Positions 1-10,603 of a stretch of DNA of 64,000 nucleotides are shown piece after piece. The stretch is from Chrysemys picta bellii (Eukaryota). Below the pieces are notes generated by a model that made no database searches, was not told the DNA's origin, and saw only the letters and a program-made list of their open reading frames with translations. Location: positions 806,001 through 870,000 of the forward strand of contig NC_088814.1 of assembly GCF_011386835.1 (NCBI RefSeq), given 5' to 3'. Numbering within the stretch: position 1 is the stretch's first letter; the number at the start of each line of letters is the position of its first letter. The position numbers and the translations under genes were made by a program.

Positions 1-418
1 GAGCGGAGGCTGCTGGTGGGAGTCGTTTGTGGCGTTTCCTACCTTGGGTCACGCTCACACCCTCCCTGCTCAGCACTTCTACCCAAAAACCCGACTCTGC
101 GGCGGCGCCCTGGGTCACTTCTCTCTGCAGTGCCTCAGCCCGGGGGTGCACTGGGGGAGGAGACGGCTCTGTGCTATTGCTGGGTTGGAAGGGAACGTGG
201 GAAACGGCTGTTCCACCTACTGCTGGTAACTCTCATCGCTGGCCTGGGCCTGGGCTTAAAATAATCAAGGGGAGTGACGGGAAAAGCCATTGCCAGGGAG
301 CAGGCTGCAGACCTGGCACCTGCTGGAAGCCAGAGCCCCCTTCAGCCAGAGGTGAACGGTGTATCCACCTCATTCAACTCCCCTCTGCTGCTGGGCCCGC
401 AACAAGTGCGACAACCCC

Positions 419-1833
419 AGAACGGCCAGGCTGGGTCCGACCAATGGTCCATCTAGCCCAGTATCCCTGTCCCTGACAGTGACCGGTGCCAGGTTCCCCA
501 GAGGGAACGACGACGACATTGAGGGATCCATCCCATCGCCCAGTCCCAGTTTCTGGCAGTGAGAGGGTTCGGGACACCTAGAGCATGGGGTTGCGTCCCT
601 GCCCATCTTGGCTAATAGCCATTGATGGACCTGTCCTCAGTGAACTTCTCATTCTTTTTTGAACCCAGTTATAGTTTTGACCTTCACAACATCCTCTGGC
701 AATGAGTTCCACAGGTTGACTGTGTGCCGTGTAAAGAAAGTACTTCCTTATGTTTCTTTTAAACCCATTGCCTAGTAAGTTTATTGGGTGACCCCTGGTT
801 CTTGTGTTATGTGAAGGGGAAAATAACACTTACTTCCTCCACACTGGTCATGATTTTATGGCTCGCTATCTTATCCCCCCGAGTTGTCTCTTTTCCAAGC
901 TGAACAGTATTCATCTTTTTAATCTCTCCTCATATAGAAGCTGTTCCACAGACTTCATCATTTTTGTTGCCCTTCTCTGTGCCTTTTCCAATTCTAATAG
1001 ATCTGTTCAGAGATTTGGCAGCCAGATCTGCAAGCCGTATTCAAGGTGTGGGCGTACCATGGATTTATAGAGTTGCATTATGATATTTGCTGTCTTATTA
1101 TCTATCCCTTTCCTAATGGTTCCCAACACGCTATGAGCTTTTTCGACTGCCGCTGCAGGCATTGAGCAGATGTTCTCAGAGACGCATTATCTATGATGAC
1201 TCTAAGATCTCTTCCTTAGTGGTAACAGCAAATTTAGACCGCATCATTTTGTAAGTATAGCTGGGATTATGTTTTCCAATGTGCATTACTTCGTACTTAT
1301 CAACACTGAATTTCATCTGCCAGTTCGTTGCCCAGTCAGCCAGTTTAGTGAGATCCCTTTGTAACTCTTGGCAGGCAGCTTTGAACTTAACTATCCTGAG
1401 TAATTTTATATCCTCTGCAAACTTTGGCACCTTCCTGTTTACCCCCTTTTCCAGCTCATTTATGAGTGTGTTGAATAGCACTGCTCCCAGAACAGATCCC
1501 TGGGGGACCCCACTATTTACCACTGTCCACTGTGAAAACTGGCCGTTTGTTCCTCCCCTTTGTTTCCTGTCTTTTAATCCGTTACCAACCCATGAAAGGA
1601 CCTTCCCTCTTCTCCCAGGACTTCTTACATTGCGTAAGAGCCTTTGCTGAGGGCCCTTGTGAAAAGCTTTCTGAAAGTCCATGTACACTCTAGCCCCTGG
1701 ATCCCCCTTGTCCACATGCTTGTTGACCCCTCAGAGAATTCTAACAGATCGGTGAGGCCTGCCGTGTTTTCAAATGCCATGTTGATGCTTCCTCAACAAA
1801 TCGTGTTCATCTGTGTCATAATTCTGTTCTTTA
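419..1833 (-). mobile_element. 5'-truncated, degenerate CR1 LINE (3' part of ORF2 reverse transcriptase plus 3' UTR) inside an intron of the RBM43/Deltex-like gene
   Basis: ORF 1191-1715(-) reads YMDFQKAF...SGVPQGSVLGAVLFN...KFAED...WQMKFSVDK, typical CR1 RT motifs. The CR1 3' end begins agaacggcc...ggtccatctagcccagtatcc at about 419. Boundaries are approximate. Confidence 0.9.
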
Positions 1834-2072
1834 TGGGGGTGCTTTGACTACTGCTCATTCCCAGCTGGCATCCGTGCTCCCCTTCTGCCCGTGTTACCCA
1901 CCCACCTCTTCTCTTGTGAGCTCTTTGGGGCAGGGACTCTGTTCTGTGTGGGCTCTGCCCAGCACAACGGGGCCCTGGCTTCTGACCGGGATGCCTAGGC
2001 ATTACCCCAAGTCCCATAGCTAGGGGGCTGGGAAGGCCCTGGTGGCAGACTCTGTGTGGCCTGGCTACCTAC

Positions 2073-5000
2073 CTCCTGCACACCGTCAGGGATGTCATAG
2101 ACGATCTTGAGCGTTGGGTCTCGAAAGTAGCCGGGCAGGCTCTGGGACAAGGTCACGACCTTGAATGTCCCTTTAATAGCCCTGGTGCCCTTGGGGGAGC
2201 TGCAGCAGGCTGGGTGCGTGTCTTCTGCTGCAAAACAAGTCCGGCACAGAGCGTGGCCACACTGGGCGCGGCAGGTCGTTGTGCACGAGCTCTGGCACGC
2301 ATCACACTTCCCAAGCTTGTGCTCATGGGCTTCCTGCCCAGGGCTGGGACCTCTTAGCTCCAGCTCTGAAATCCCAGTCTCCTGTGAGTCCCCATCTCCT
2401 GCTGGGAGCAAGTGGCCTTCCTGGCTCACTGGGTCCCCCTGGCCTGGCTTGGGGCCTCGTCCTGCTGCAGCCCTAGCGGGTAGTGCAGTCCCAGAGCTAG
2501 AGAGCCAGATGGGCAAGGACTGTGGGGCACCATCTGCTGAGGGGGGCCTCGGGCTTCCCCCTGCCTCACTGGGGCCTCCTCGGCTCTTGTCTCTTGCGAA
2601 CTGGAATCTGTCGGGCAGGACCCGCTTTATCCTGGCCGTCTCGGGCTCTCCAGCTGACCTCTCCCCCTTCTGCGGCTCCTGGGGGTCCCCTGGGCTGAAG
2701 CTCTGCCTGCCCACCACGCTGGCATCAAGGAGGCCACTGCCACTCACGTCCTGTGAGTCGCTGTGGTAACTTGGGTCCTCCTGCCTCACCGCCTGCTGGT
2801 AGCTGCTGGTTTTCGTGGCATTCCACCCGGGCCCATACAGTCTCGTGGTGTCGGCACCGTTCAGCTGAGGGGCGCTCTCCGAAAGGTCCGACAGGCCGGC
2901 TGTGCTGCTAACCTCCAGCTGCTGCAGACCCTCCCGGCTATGGCGATATTCTGCAGCCAGCCCTGGGTCCTGGGTTTTCACCTGCTGCGTGGGGCTTGGA
3001 TATTCCTCGGCCGGAGATCCCTCCAGCCCCGGAGACGGGGAAGAAAGCGTCAGAGCACTTCGCCTCCTGGCAGAGAATCTCTGGAAGGCCTCATTGACTC
3101 TCAGCAGTGCTTCCTTGGGGCACGTGAGATGCAGTTTGTACCTGTCTTTGCTGACTCTGACCTGGGCAGAGCATCCTTTCAAGAGGCTGCATAGCTCATT
3201 CAAGGCCTCGTCGTTGGGCCCCTCCACGTCGAGTTCGGAGTAGCTCAGGCTCTGGCATACAAGAGCAGGACACACCGTCTGGCACAGAGCCTCCATCTTC
3301 CACCTGGCTTGGAGGAGCTTTGTCCTGTCCTCAGCTGCGAGCGTCAGCACGGTGCCGCCTTTGTCGCTGCGCTCTGCGAGCAGGACGCCTCCCTCCCTGC
3401 ACAGCCCGTCAATAGTAGAGCCATGAATCTCTTTCAGATACGCCCACTGCACAGGATCCAGGCTGATCTCCTCACTGACCCCGTAGGCCTCGCTGGCTGC
3501 CCTGCTGGGGTCTCTGGGCGTGTCGCTTGCCTTAGACTTTGGAATGGAGAAACTATTGGAGCGTCTCAGCGGGGCGCTAGACTCGGGCGGTTTGGAATCT
3601 AGTGCTGAACAGGTCCCCGTGGTATCGAAAAGGCTCAAGGATTTGAAGGTACTAGACACGCTGCTCATGGGCTGAGACTTTACGGGACCGGGGCTTTTCC
3701 AGCCCCCGAGACTCTGCAAAGTGCTGCTTTCTTTGCCTCCAGCAAACAGAGACAGCGTCTTGGGTCTCAAGAGCAGGGAGGCCCCCTTCCTTCGGTCCCA
3801 ATCCTTCAGCTCCCTCTGCTGAACCTCTGCCGCTGGCCCAGTGATGGCCGCAGAGACGGGCAGGTGGTGCTGACCGCTCGGTGGTGCTGGATCCCTCTGG
3901 CCCGGGGCGCCAGCTTCCTTTAACCAGCTGTCAGAAAGCTGCATCTGCTCCATGAACAGGGAGTTGCGATGCAGCGAGGGCCATGCACTGGAAAGAGACG
4001 CGTCCTGCTTTAGGAAGCTGAAGTTGGCGGCTAGCTTGTGTTCACCTTTAAACTCAAACTTGCCAGGACTCAGTCTTGGGGGTGAAGGATCCACCGTGGG
4101 TTCAGGCTTGCCCAGTCTGGCATCCCCTCCATGAAGGGCGCCTGTGTAGGTGGCCAGGGAGGCGTCGGACATCCTGAGGCCGGCTGTGACTGTTCTCCCG
4201 GTGCTTCGATCTTGGATGTATTGTTTGGCCTGGGAGACATCGACCAGATTCCCGATGAGATAGAGATGCCGCTCATCTTCGTGACAAAGGAGGAGGGGGC
4301 ACAGCTTCTGCAGGTCCCCTAGCAAGGCCCTCTGAGACCTCATGTCACTGCTCAGCTCCCCCTTGCTGATCTTCTCCTTGCGCAGACTGGCTTCCAGCCG
4401 CTGGTAGAGGCCCAGCAGCGCCAGGCGGGCTTGCACCACGGAGCTGATGTTTCCCGTGTTCTTGGAGGAGGCCTGGAGGTAGAGAATGGCGATGCCGTCG
4501 CTGCTGACGTCCACCACGTCGACCTGGTGCTGCTGCAGCACCCGCAGGTACTTGTCGCTGCAGAACTTCTGCATGTACAGGTAGATATCCGCGTCCATCA
4601 CCAGGGAGAAGTCCTCCAGCTGCTCCACAGCTTCTCCGTCCACAGGGTCCCTGTGCAACGGGGGCTCAGACGCCTCCTCGTGCACCTGGCCCGGACTCGG
4701 CTGCTTCTCCACCCTGGGCTCTGGCAAGGGGGAGTGGGGCCTCTGCTGGGAAGCCAACATCCCTGTGACGGTGGCTGGGGGGCTGACTCCCTCCGGGGGG
4801 GCCTCTCCAGCTTGCTGACTCCGCAGCAGCTCCTTGCTGAAGGCCTGCAGCTCCGTGAACGGCCCCTTGACCGTGCACAGCGTCTCCTTCGGGTCGAAGC
4901 TGAACTGCACGGCGCCGTAACGTTTGCGCAGGCTTCTCAGGAGGGTTTTGCCATCCAGGAGCCTTCCGTAGTCGATGATCATACAAACACGCACGAAGAT

Positions 5001-6820
5001 CTGGAGGGACAGGACCAGAGGAGTCAGAGGGCAGCGACTGACGGCAAACAGCCCCGCTGCAGGAGGGAGATGACCCCCCGGCAGGCCCCGCTCCACCACC
5101 CCGGCATCATCAGGACAACGGCAGCTGCACACACTATCTCCCCGCGGCTCCCAGGGTCACTTCAAGGCCAAGTGCCAAGCGCCCCCCCCTTCCCTTCCAC
5201 CCTGTGTTTGCTCTCCCCAAGGGCAGGCAAACAAACCCGCTGGAGCTTCGTGCTGCAATCGCTGCCCATGGAGACGGAGAGGGTGTGCCCAGGCGGGAGG
5301 GCATGGACACAGGCAGATGCAGGCTCTAGGGTCGGGCAGCCATTAATGTGGGAGGGCCGGGCGGCCAGGCCTGACAGAGCCAGCAGCCTGGAGCCGAACT
5401 TTCCCCTCCACACGTGGCCCAAAGGGCTTGGTCCACAGAGTGTTGCCTGCTGGGAGCAGGGAGTGGAGCCGAGTGCGACTTTAATACGGCTACAGCATCT
5501 CCCATGTGCGCAGAGCGCTCTGCAACCAGCCCCGGCCCAGGGATCCCCACGTCCCGTTTCTATTACTCTAAGGGCCCTGCGCATGGAGCCAGGCTCTCCT
5601 CTGCTCGGGCTGCAGTGTCCCTCGCAGGCCGTAGGCTGCCTGTCTCTGACATCATACGTAGTTGCCATGGAGATTATTGTGATGTCACAGACAGCAGGCT
5701 CTGACTGTTGTTGTCACAGAATACAACACCAAAGCCCAGAGCCGGCAGCTGGCCACTGAAATCAGAGGAAGGGCGGAACTACCTCACGGTCTCTGCCACC
5801 AGCGCTTCCCCTAAATGCCCCCGAGGAAACTCGCCTGCTTTCCTGGCTCATGCAGTGACAGAGAAATGAACAGACGTCCCTGCTTGGCCATGTGTGAGCA
5901 GAGAGCTGGGCTTTAATCTCTCACGCATCCCCTCCCTCCAGTGCTATTCCCTCTGCGCTTGGCCAGGTACAAATGCAGACTGACCAAGTGTAAAATTGAG
6001 CCCTGCCTCGGGCGCGTTATCAGCAAAGACCCTTTTAAATCCTCATTTGAATACAAATAAAATGAGTTTGCTTTAACTCTAATTAAGATTAACAGGATTA
6101 GCGGAGTCCCCTTCCTCCGTATCTACAGCAGGTGCAAAGCCTGTTCTGGGCGCCGGCGGGGGCTCTGGGAGGAGCGTACACAGCTGGTGGGGGCCCTGCC
6201 CACCTGATCCCGCTCGTTACCTCGTCAGCGCTCAGCTCGGCCACGTGCGCTGTCACTGTCAGCGGGTATGTCTTTCCACCGACCAACAAAACGTGGTTCT
6301 CCACTTCCAGGACCCTCCGAGCCACTAAACCGAGCAAAGCAATAGACACCAGTCAGCCGGCGGCACCCGGCCCTGGGCTGTGCCGCTGGGCTCCCCAGCC
6401 AGACATGCCCAGAGCGGGATCCTTATTCCTCCCTCTCTCCCACCGCTTTCTTGGGGCAGCCCCTTGTTGGAGGCTGGGGAAGGACAGGACACTGGGAATT
6501 CGACCAGTTACCCTCCAGCATGGGGGGCCCAATGCCGCAGGAGGTGCCCTGGCCCCTGTGCGGAGCTTCTTGGGCTTCCCCCCTGGCCCCAGGTCACAAC
6601 TTAGCCCGCCAAGTGCTGCCTGGCACAAGCCCCCTGCATTACCTCCCGCTTCCTCAAAGGTGACGAGGGCGCAGGCGGGGGAGCCAGCGACGAGCGTGAT
6701 GTCTGCGATCTCTCCGCCGCCGTTGCGGGCGCGCAGGAAGTGGATGGTGAGCTTGTCGGCGACTCTCTCTGGGGGGATGTCGGTTGGGATCCCCCCCACG
6801 CGCACCGTGCGCCCAGCCAT
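2073..6820 (-). CDS. RBM43-like / DTX3L-like protein (RRM, KH-like modules, variant RING, start of Deltex C-terminal domain); 3' end lies outside the window
   Basis: Coding exons 6820-6643, 6324-6221 and 5000-2073, all GT-AG with phases 1, 0, 0, give 1070 codons with no stop. The N-terminus MAGRTVRVGGIPTDIPPERVADKLTIHFLRARNGGGEI resembles the RBM43/NID-type RRM. The RING-like segment is at 2306-2202. SLPGY...LKIVYDIPDGVQE, followed by a GTAGGT donor, matches the first part of a Deltex C-terminal domain. Confidence 0.85.
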
Positions 6821-6989
6821 GCTGCCGGACCCTCCTGCAGGGAAGGAGCGCAGACGTGAGCCAACGAGCAAAGGTCCCAGACCACCGGCCAGGGCTCGCG
6901 GGCTGCCCCCTCCGCGCTGGAGCCTGGGTTCGCAGGCAGGACACATGGGTTCTGTTCTGGTGCATGTGCCCTGCCTAGCAAATATTTAA

Positions 6990-7100
6990 AGCCACACTCC
7001 TCACTGGGGGTAGGACACCTTCCCTCGCTGTGACTCAGTTTCTTCACCTGTACAAGGAATTGCTGCACGAGGGCTTGTGCAGCTGAATTCAGGAGCATTT
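6990..7100 (-). mobile_element. MIR/CORE-SINE fragment
   Basis: gactcagtttcttcacctgtacaa is the reverse complement of the MIR core (ggggaaactgaggc-like). Confidence 0.5.
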
Positions 7101-9577
7101 GCAAAGCACGTTTGGATCTACAGCTAAAGCCTGTTGTTATCCAGGGGAAACCTGGGCAGCCCTAGCACAGCTAGAGCGAAGCCTGTCCCTTCACCGCATG
7201 GCACTCACTGGGAGCAGACCCCACTGGGAATCAGCAGGAAACCACCATCCCCCCGTCACTGGAGCACAGCTGCGCGTGGCCTTGTGTCTCCCCCCAGCCT
7301 GTGCCAGACAACAGCCTCTGCCCAAGGCACGTGCTGCAGACAGTGGGTCAGACAGGGGAGCTCTCATGCCCGGAGAAAGCTGTTCCTCCCCAGCCCCTGT
7401 CCTCACCCAAGGCCCCATTTGCCCCAAGGGAAACTGAGGTCTCCGTTGGATTTGTATCTCAGCAGCTCTTTTCTCCAGGGAGCCCGAATGTTCCAGCCTG
7501 TTTTTTCTGGCTCTGAAGCTCCTGCCAAGGTGGCCAAACCTCCACCACCCCCTTGCAAAGGGGTGTCATTGACACTCTCTTGCAGTGACCAATAGAATGG
7601 CCAACCGCTGCAGGCCCCAAACGGCGCCCTCTAATTCCCCAGCTCTATGAGTTTGGCACCTGGCATCAGGGCCCAGCTTTCTGCGGCCGAATGAGTAAGG
7701 GAGCCTCCGTGCCCTGCCCGCATGAATCCACATCAGTGTCACTCTTTGGAAAGGCACCGGGGGGAGGACAATGCTCAGTCTCTGCTAAGGGCTCCAGGGT
7801 CTGTGGCCAGGTATCTCTTCTCTGCTCATCTGCAAGCAGAGGCGCTGAGCTCTTGCATTATTCATGAGCTTCCACTTAACATGCAAAGATGCAGCTGAAC
7901 ACGCCATAAATATTTATTAGGCCTCCAAGACGGGGACCCTCTGTTGCAAATTCTCATTAAGCCGGGAGGAGCAGATGGAGAGGTGTCCTAGTGGGAGACA
8001 GAGGCAAGAGGCTCAGTCAGTCTCTGCTGGGGGGGAAGGACAGCACCCACAACACTCTTCAGGGTGCAGGGCAGGTCCACACCCACACGCCCCCCCCAGA
8101 CCAACAGCCCATGCACCAGCTGGTAAAGGGATCAGCCCGCGTTTCTGCTGCCCTCCCCCTCTACTGCTGAAGCCAGGAGCGATCTGAGGCCTGAGGAAAA
8201 GCCCCGTTTGCCCCTGCCCCTCTAGGCTGGGCCAGGCCCCCACGGACTGCGCCCCGCTCAGTGGTTTGCCGCGGAGCTGTGGGTGACTGAGCTGTTACCC
8301 TGCCAGCTGCGTTAGACCCAGGATCTCCATATGGTTCTTATACAGCAGCTGTCCCTGCAGTCCCCAGTGGGAACTGGGCGTAGGGGCCCGCACCTGCCCC
8401 CAGCCGTTCAGGTGTCCACATCCCCACCTGGGTCCTGTGTCACGGGCTCAGCGTGAGCACGCGGCTCCAGGGGGCGCGTCAGTCGATCAATCACAAGACC
8501 GGGAAGGTTTAATATTTAAACAAGCTGTAGAATTTTTCAGCAGGGAAGGTAGCAGCAGCAGGCCCCCCGGGAGCTGCGCGGTGTTGCTGACGGCTGCCTC
8601 TCGGGGCTGCTGAGACGCTCCACAGAACAGCAGCTCCCGAAATACGAGAGAAGCGAGGGCGCTGCAGGAGGCGATGGCAGCAGCAAACTGCAACCCTGGC
8701 CTTGGCCTCCATGGCCCCTGTCCCTGCAGGGCCGCCCCAAGGGGCGCGGGGGGCCGGACACTGTGTTAACAATGCAGCCCTGGGGCGAGCAGGGGGGCCT
8801 CGTTCGGCTCTCGCCTTCTGGGAGCGGCATGGACTGAAAGTGCTGCCCTGAAAGAGGAGTGTAGAGAAATGGCACCAGCTTGGGCATCAGCTGCCCCCGC
8901 CCCTGCCCCCGGGCAGTGCCCAGCGAGTGGAACCAGGGACTCCACACAGGCACCAGGGCCCAGCCACATGGCGGCGAGGACCAGATCCCAGCCCCAGTAA
9001 CTTGGTCCCCTGGTGCTGCCTGGGAGCCAGGGGGGTGCACGGCGGGAGCCGGCCAGGTGCAGGGTGGAAGCCGGGCAGGAGTCGGGCGGGTGCAGGAGCC
9101 GGGCGGGCACAAGGTGGGTGCAGGGGGGTGCCAGGTGGGTGCCAGGCTCTGCTCCAGGGCAGGCCCCCTTTGCTGACCCCCCCGGCCCGGGCAGCGAGGG
9201 GGGCTGGCGGCGGGGGGCTGGCCAAGGGCAGGGCCAGGCCCCCCGCCTGCCCGGCGCAGGGGCACCGAGTGAGCACGTGGGGCTGGGGCCAGCGAGGGCT
9301 GAGGCCCCCGGACCCCCCAGGCCAGATCCGCGCCCCCCAAGCGCCCAGCCCCGCCCCGGGTGATGCCGGGGGCGGGGGCCGCACCCCAAGTTCCAGCCCC
9401 CCCGCCCCCGGGACGGTGCCCACAGCGTGGGGGGCCAGGCCGGGCCAGTAACTCCCCGCCCCCCCCCACTGCGCACGAGGGCCCGGGGGGGGGGCGGGGC
9501 TGTGTGTGCCCCTGGGGGGGGGGCCCTGCCCATGGGGGGGGGCGCGCGGCTCCTTCCCGCCCCCCCACGCTCGGTAC

Positions 9578-9616
9578 CTGCGGGCTCCGCTCCGGCTCCG
9601 GCCCAGCCGCCGCGGC
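9578..9616 (-). other. Putative non-coding first exon of the RBM43/Deltex-like gene
   Basis: Lies in a CpG island just downstream of an ISRE. Donor CAG|GTACCG at 9578. A matching acceptor ttccctgcag| lies 14 nt upstream of the ATG (exon starts 6834). TSS is inferred. Confidence 0.6.
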
Positions 9617-9635
9617 GGGAAACGAAAGTGAAAGT
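9617..9635. promoter_or_regulatory. ISRE/IRF element in the promoter of the RBM43/Deltex-like gene
   Basis: gggaaacgaaagtgaaagt contains three GAAA cores at IRF spacing. Confidence 0.8.
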
Positions 9636-9648
9636 CCGAGAGGAGCTG

Positions 9649-9856
9649 CCCCCCCCCTCCCGCGGGACCCGCCCCGCCCCTACAGCCCCCCCCCCCCGCG
9701 GGACCCGCCCCGCCCCTACAGCCCCCCCCCCGCGGGAGCCGCCCCGCCAGCCCCCCCCCCCCCCCCCCCGCGGGAGCCGCCCCGCCCCTACAGCCCCCCC
9801 CGCCCCGCGGGACCCGCCCCTCCACCCCACCCCCCGCGGGACCCGCCCCGCCCCTA
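9649..9856. repeat. GC-box-rich minisatellite (about 6 copies, 34-37 bp, cgcgggacccgccccgcccctacag core)
   Basis: cgcggga recurs at about 9661, 9697, 9731, 9769, 9806 and 9835. Confidence 0.85.
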
Positions 9857-10486
9857 GTCATGCTGGGGTCTGTCTGTCCTGCTGGGTGTGCAACCCCCTC
9901 CCCCCGCAACCCCCAGGAACCTCTGCCTGCATGGCCCACCCCACGGACAAGGACCTGACCCCACACCTGCCAGGGCCCCCTGCCCAGCGGGCTAATGCAG
10001 CCCTGCTCCCAGCAGTGCCGTGGGGCTGACGCACAGTGACAGCACGGCTGGGTGTCACACGCCCCTGCCACACCAGCGGGGGCAGAAATTCAGGGTGGGG
10101 AATCCCTGAATAACCCTCCTTTGAGACCACATCACCATGTAAACATCAGAGTTCGGCTAAACACTGACCCCCCCAGGCTCCAAACTCATTTGTTAACCCT
10201 GCACCCTGCTGGAAAGAGGGGTCCGAGCGGGGCCTAAACACTATTGGGTGTGGTGGGCAGAGACCCACGGCTCATTTCACTCCATTCCATGCCCGCGTCG
10301 CCCATTCTGGGTGTTGTCGCCAGCCAGGGCTTCGTGGAGAGCACCCCGGGCCTGCTCACTGCGCTGAGCGAAAACAGGACGCTCCGAAATGGGGTTCTCT
10401 TGCCCCATGGCTCTCACACGATCCTTCTCTCCCTGCTCGTGCCCAGCTCCACAACACCGCAGATCCACACTCGGCCCTGACAATAC

Positions 10487-10492
10487 TTTAAT
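10487..10492 (-). terminator. IFI35 polyadenylation signal (ATTAAA)
   Basis: tttaat on + strand, about 110 nt after the stop codon. Confidence 0.5.
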
Positions 10493-10603
10493 TCCAATCA
10501 GAGTCTGATTAAACTATACAGTACTACACGGAGCACCGTGGGCTCAGGCCCAGGCCCTGGGCGCCGACTGTCTCGTGTTCGGGTTCATGTCCATGGAGGA
10601 GCT

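Noticed and set aside
1191-1715. Active retrotransposon
   Set aside because: It is only a 5'-truncated fragment with disrupted frames and altered RT motifs.
1995-2072. C-terminal tail VGSQATQ...WGNA* of the 1045-aa ORF
   Set aside because: It is probably intronic: a GTAGGT donor falls where the Deltex-like similarity stops.
4431-5759. 442-aa + strand ORF
   Set aside because: It is the antisense shadow of the large coding exon plus intron sequence, with no recognisable motifs.
8537-10071. Several 300-400-aa Gly/Pro/Arg-rich ORFs
   Set aside because: Extreme GC content and the GC-box repeat suppress stop codons. They show no domain-like sequence and overlap in many frames.
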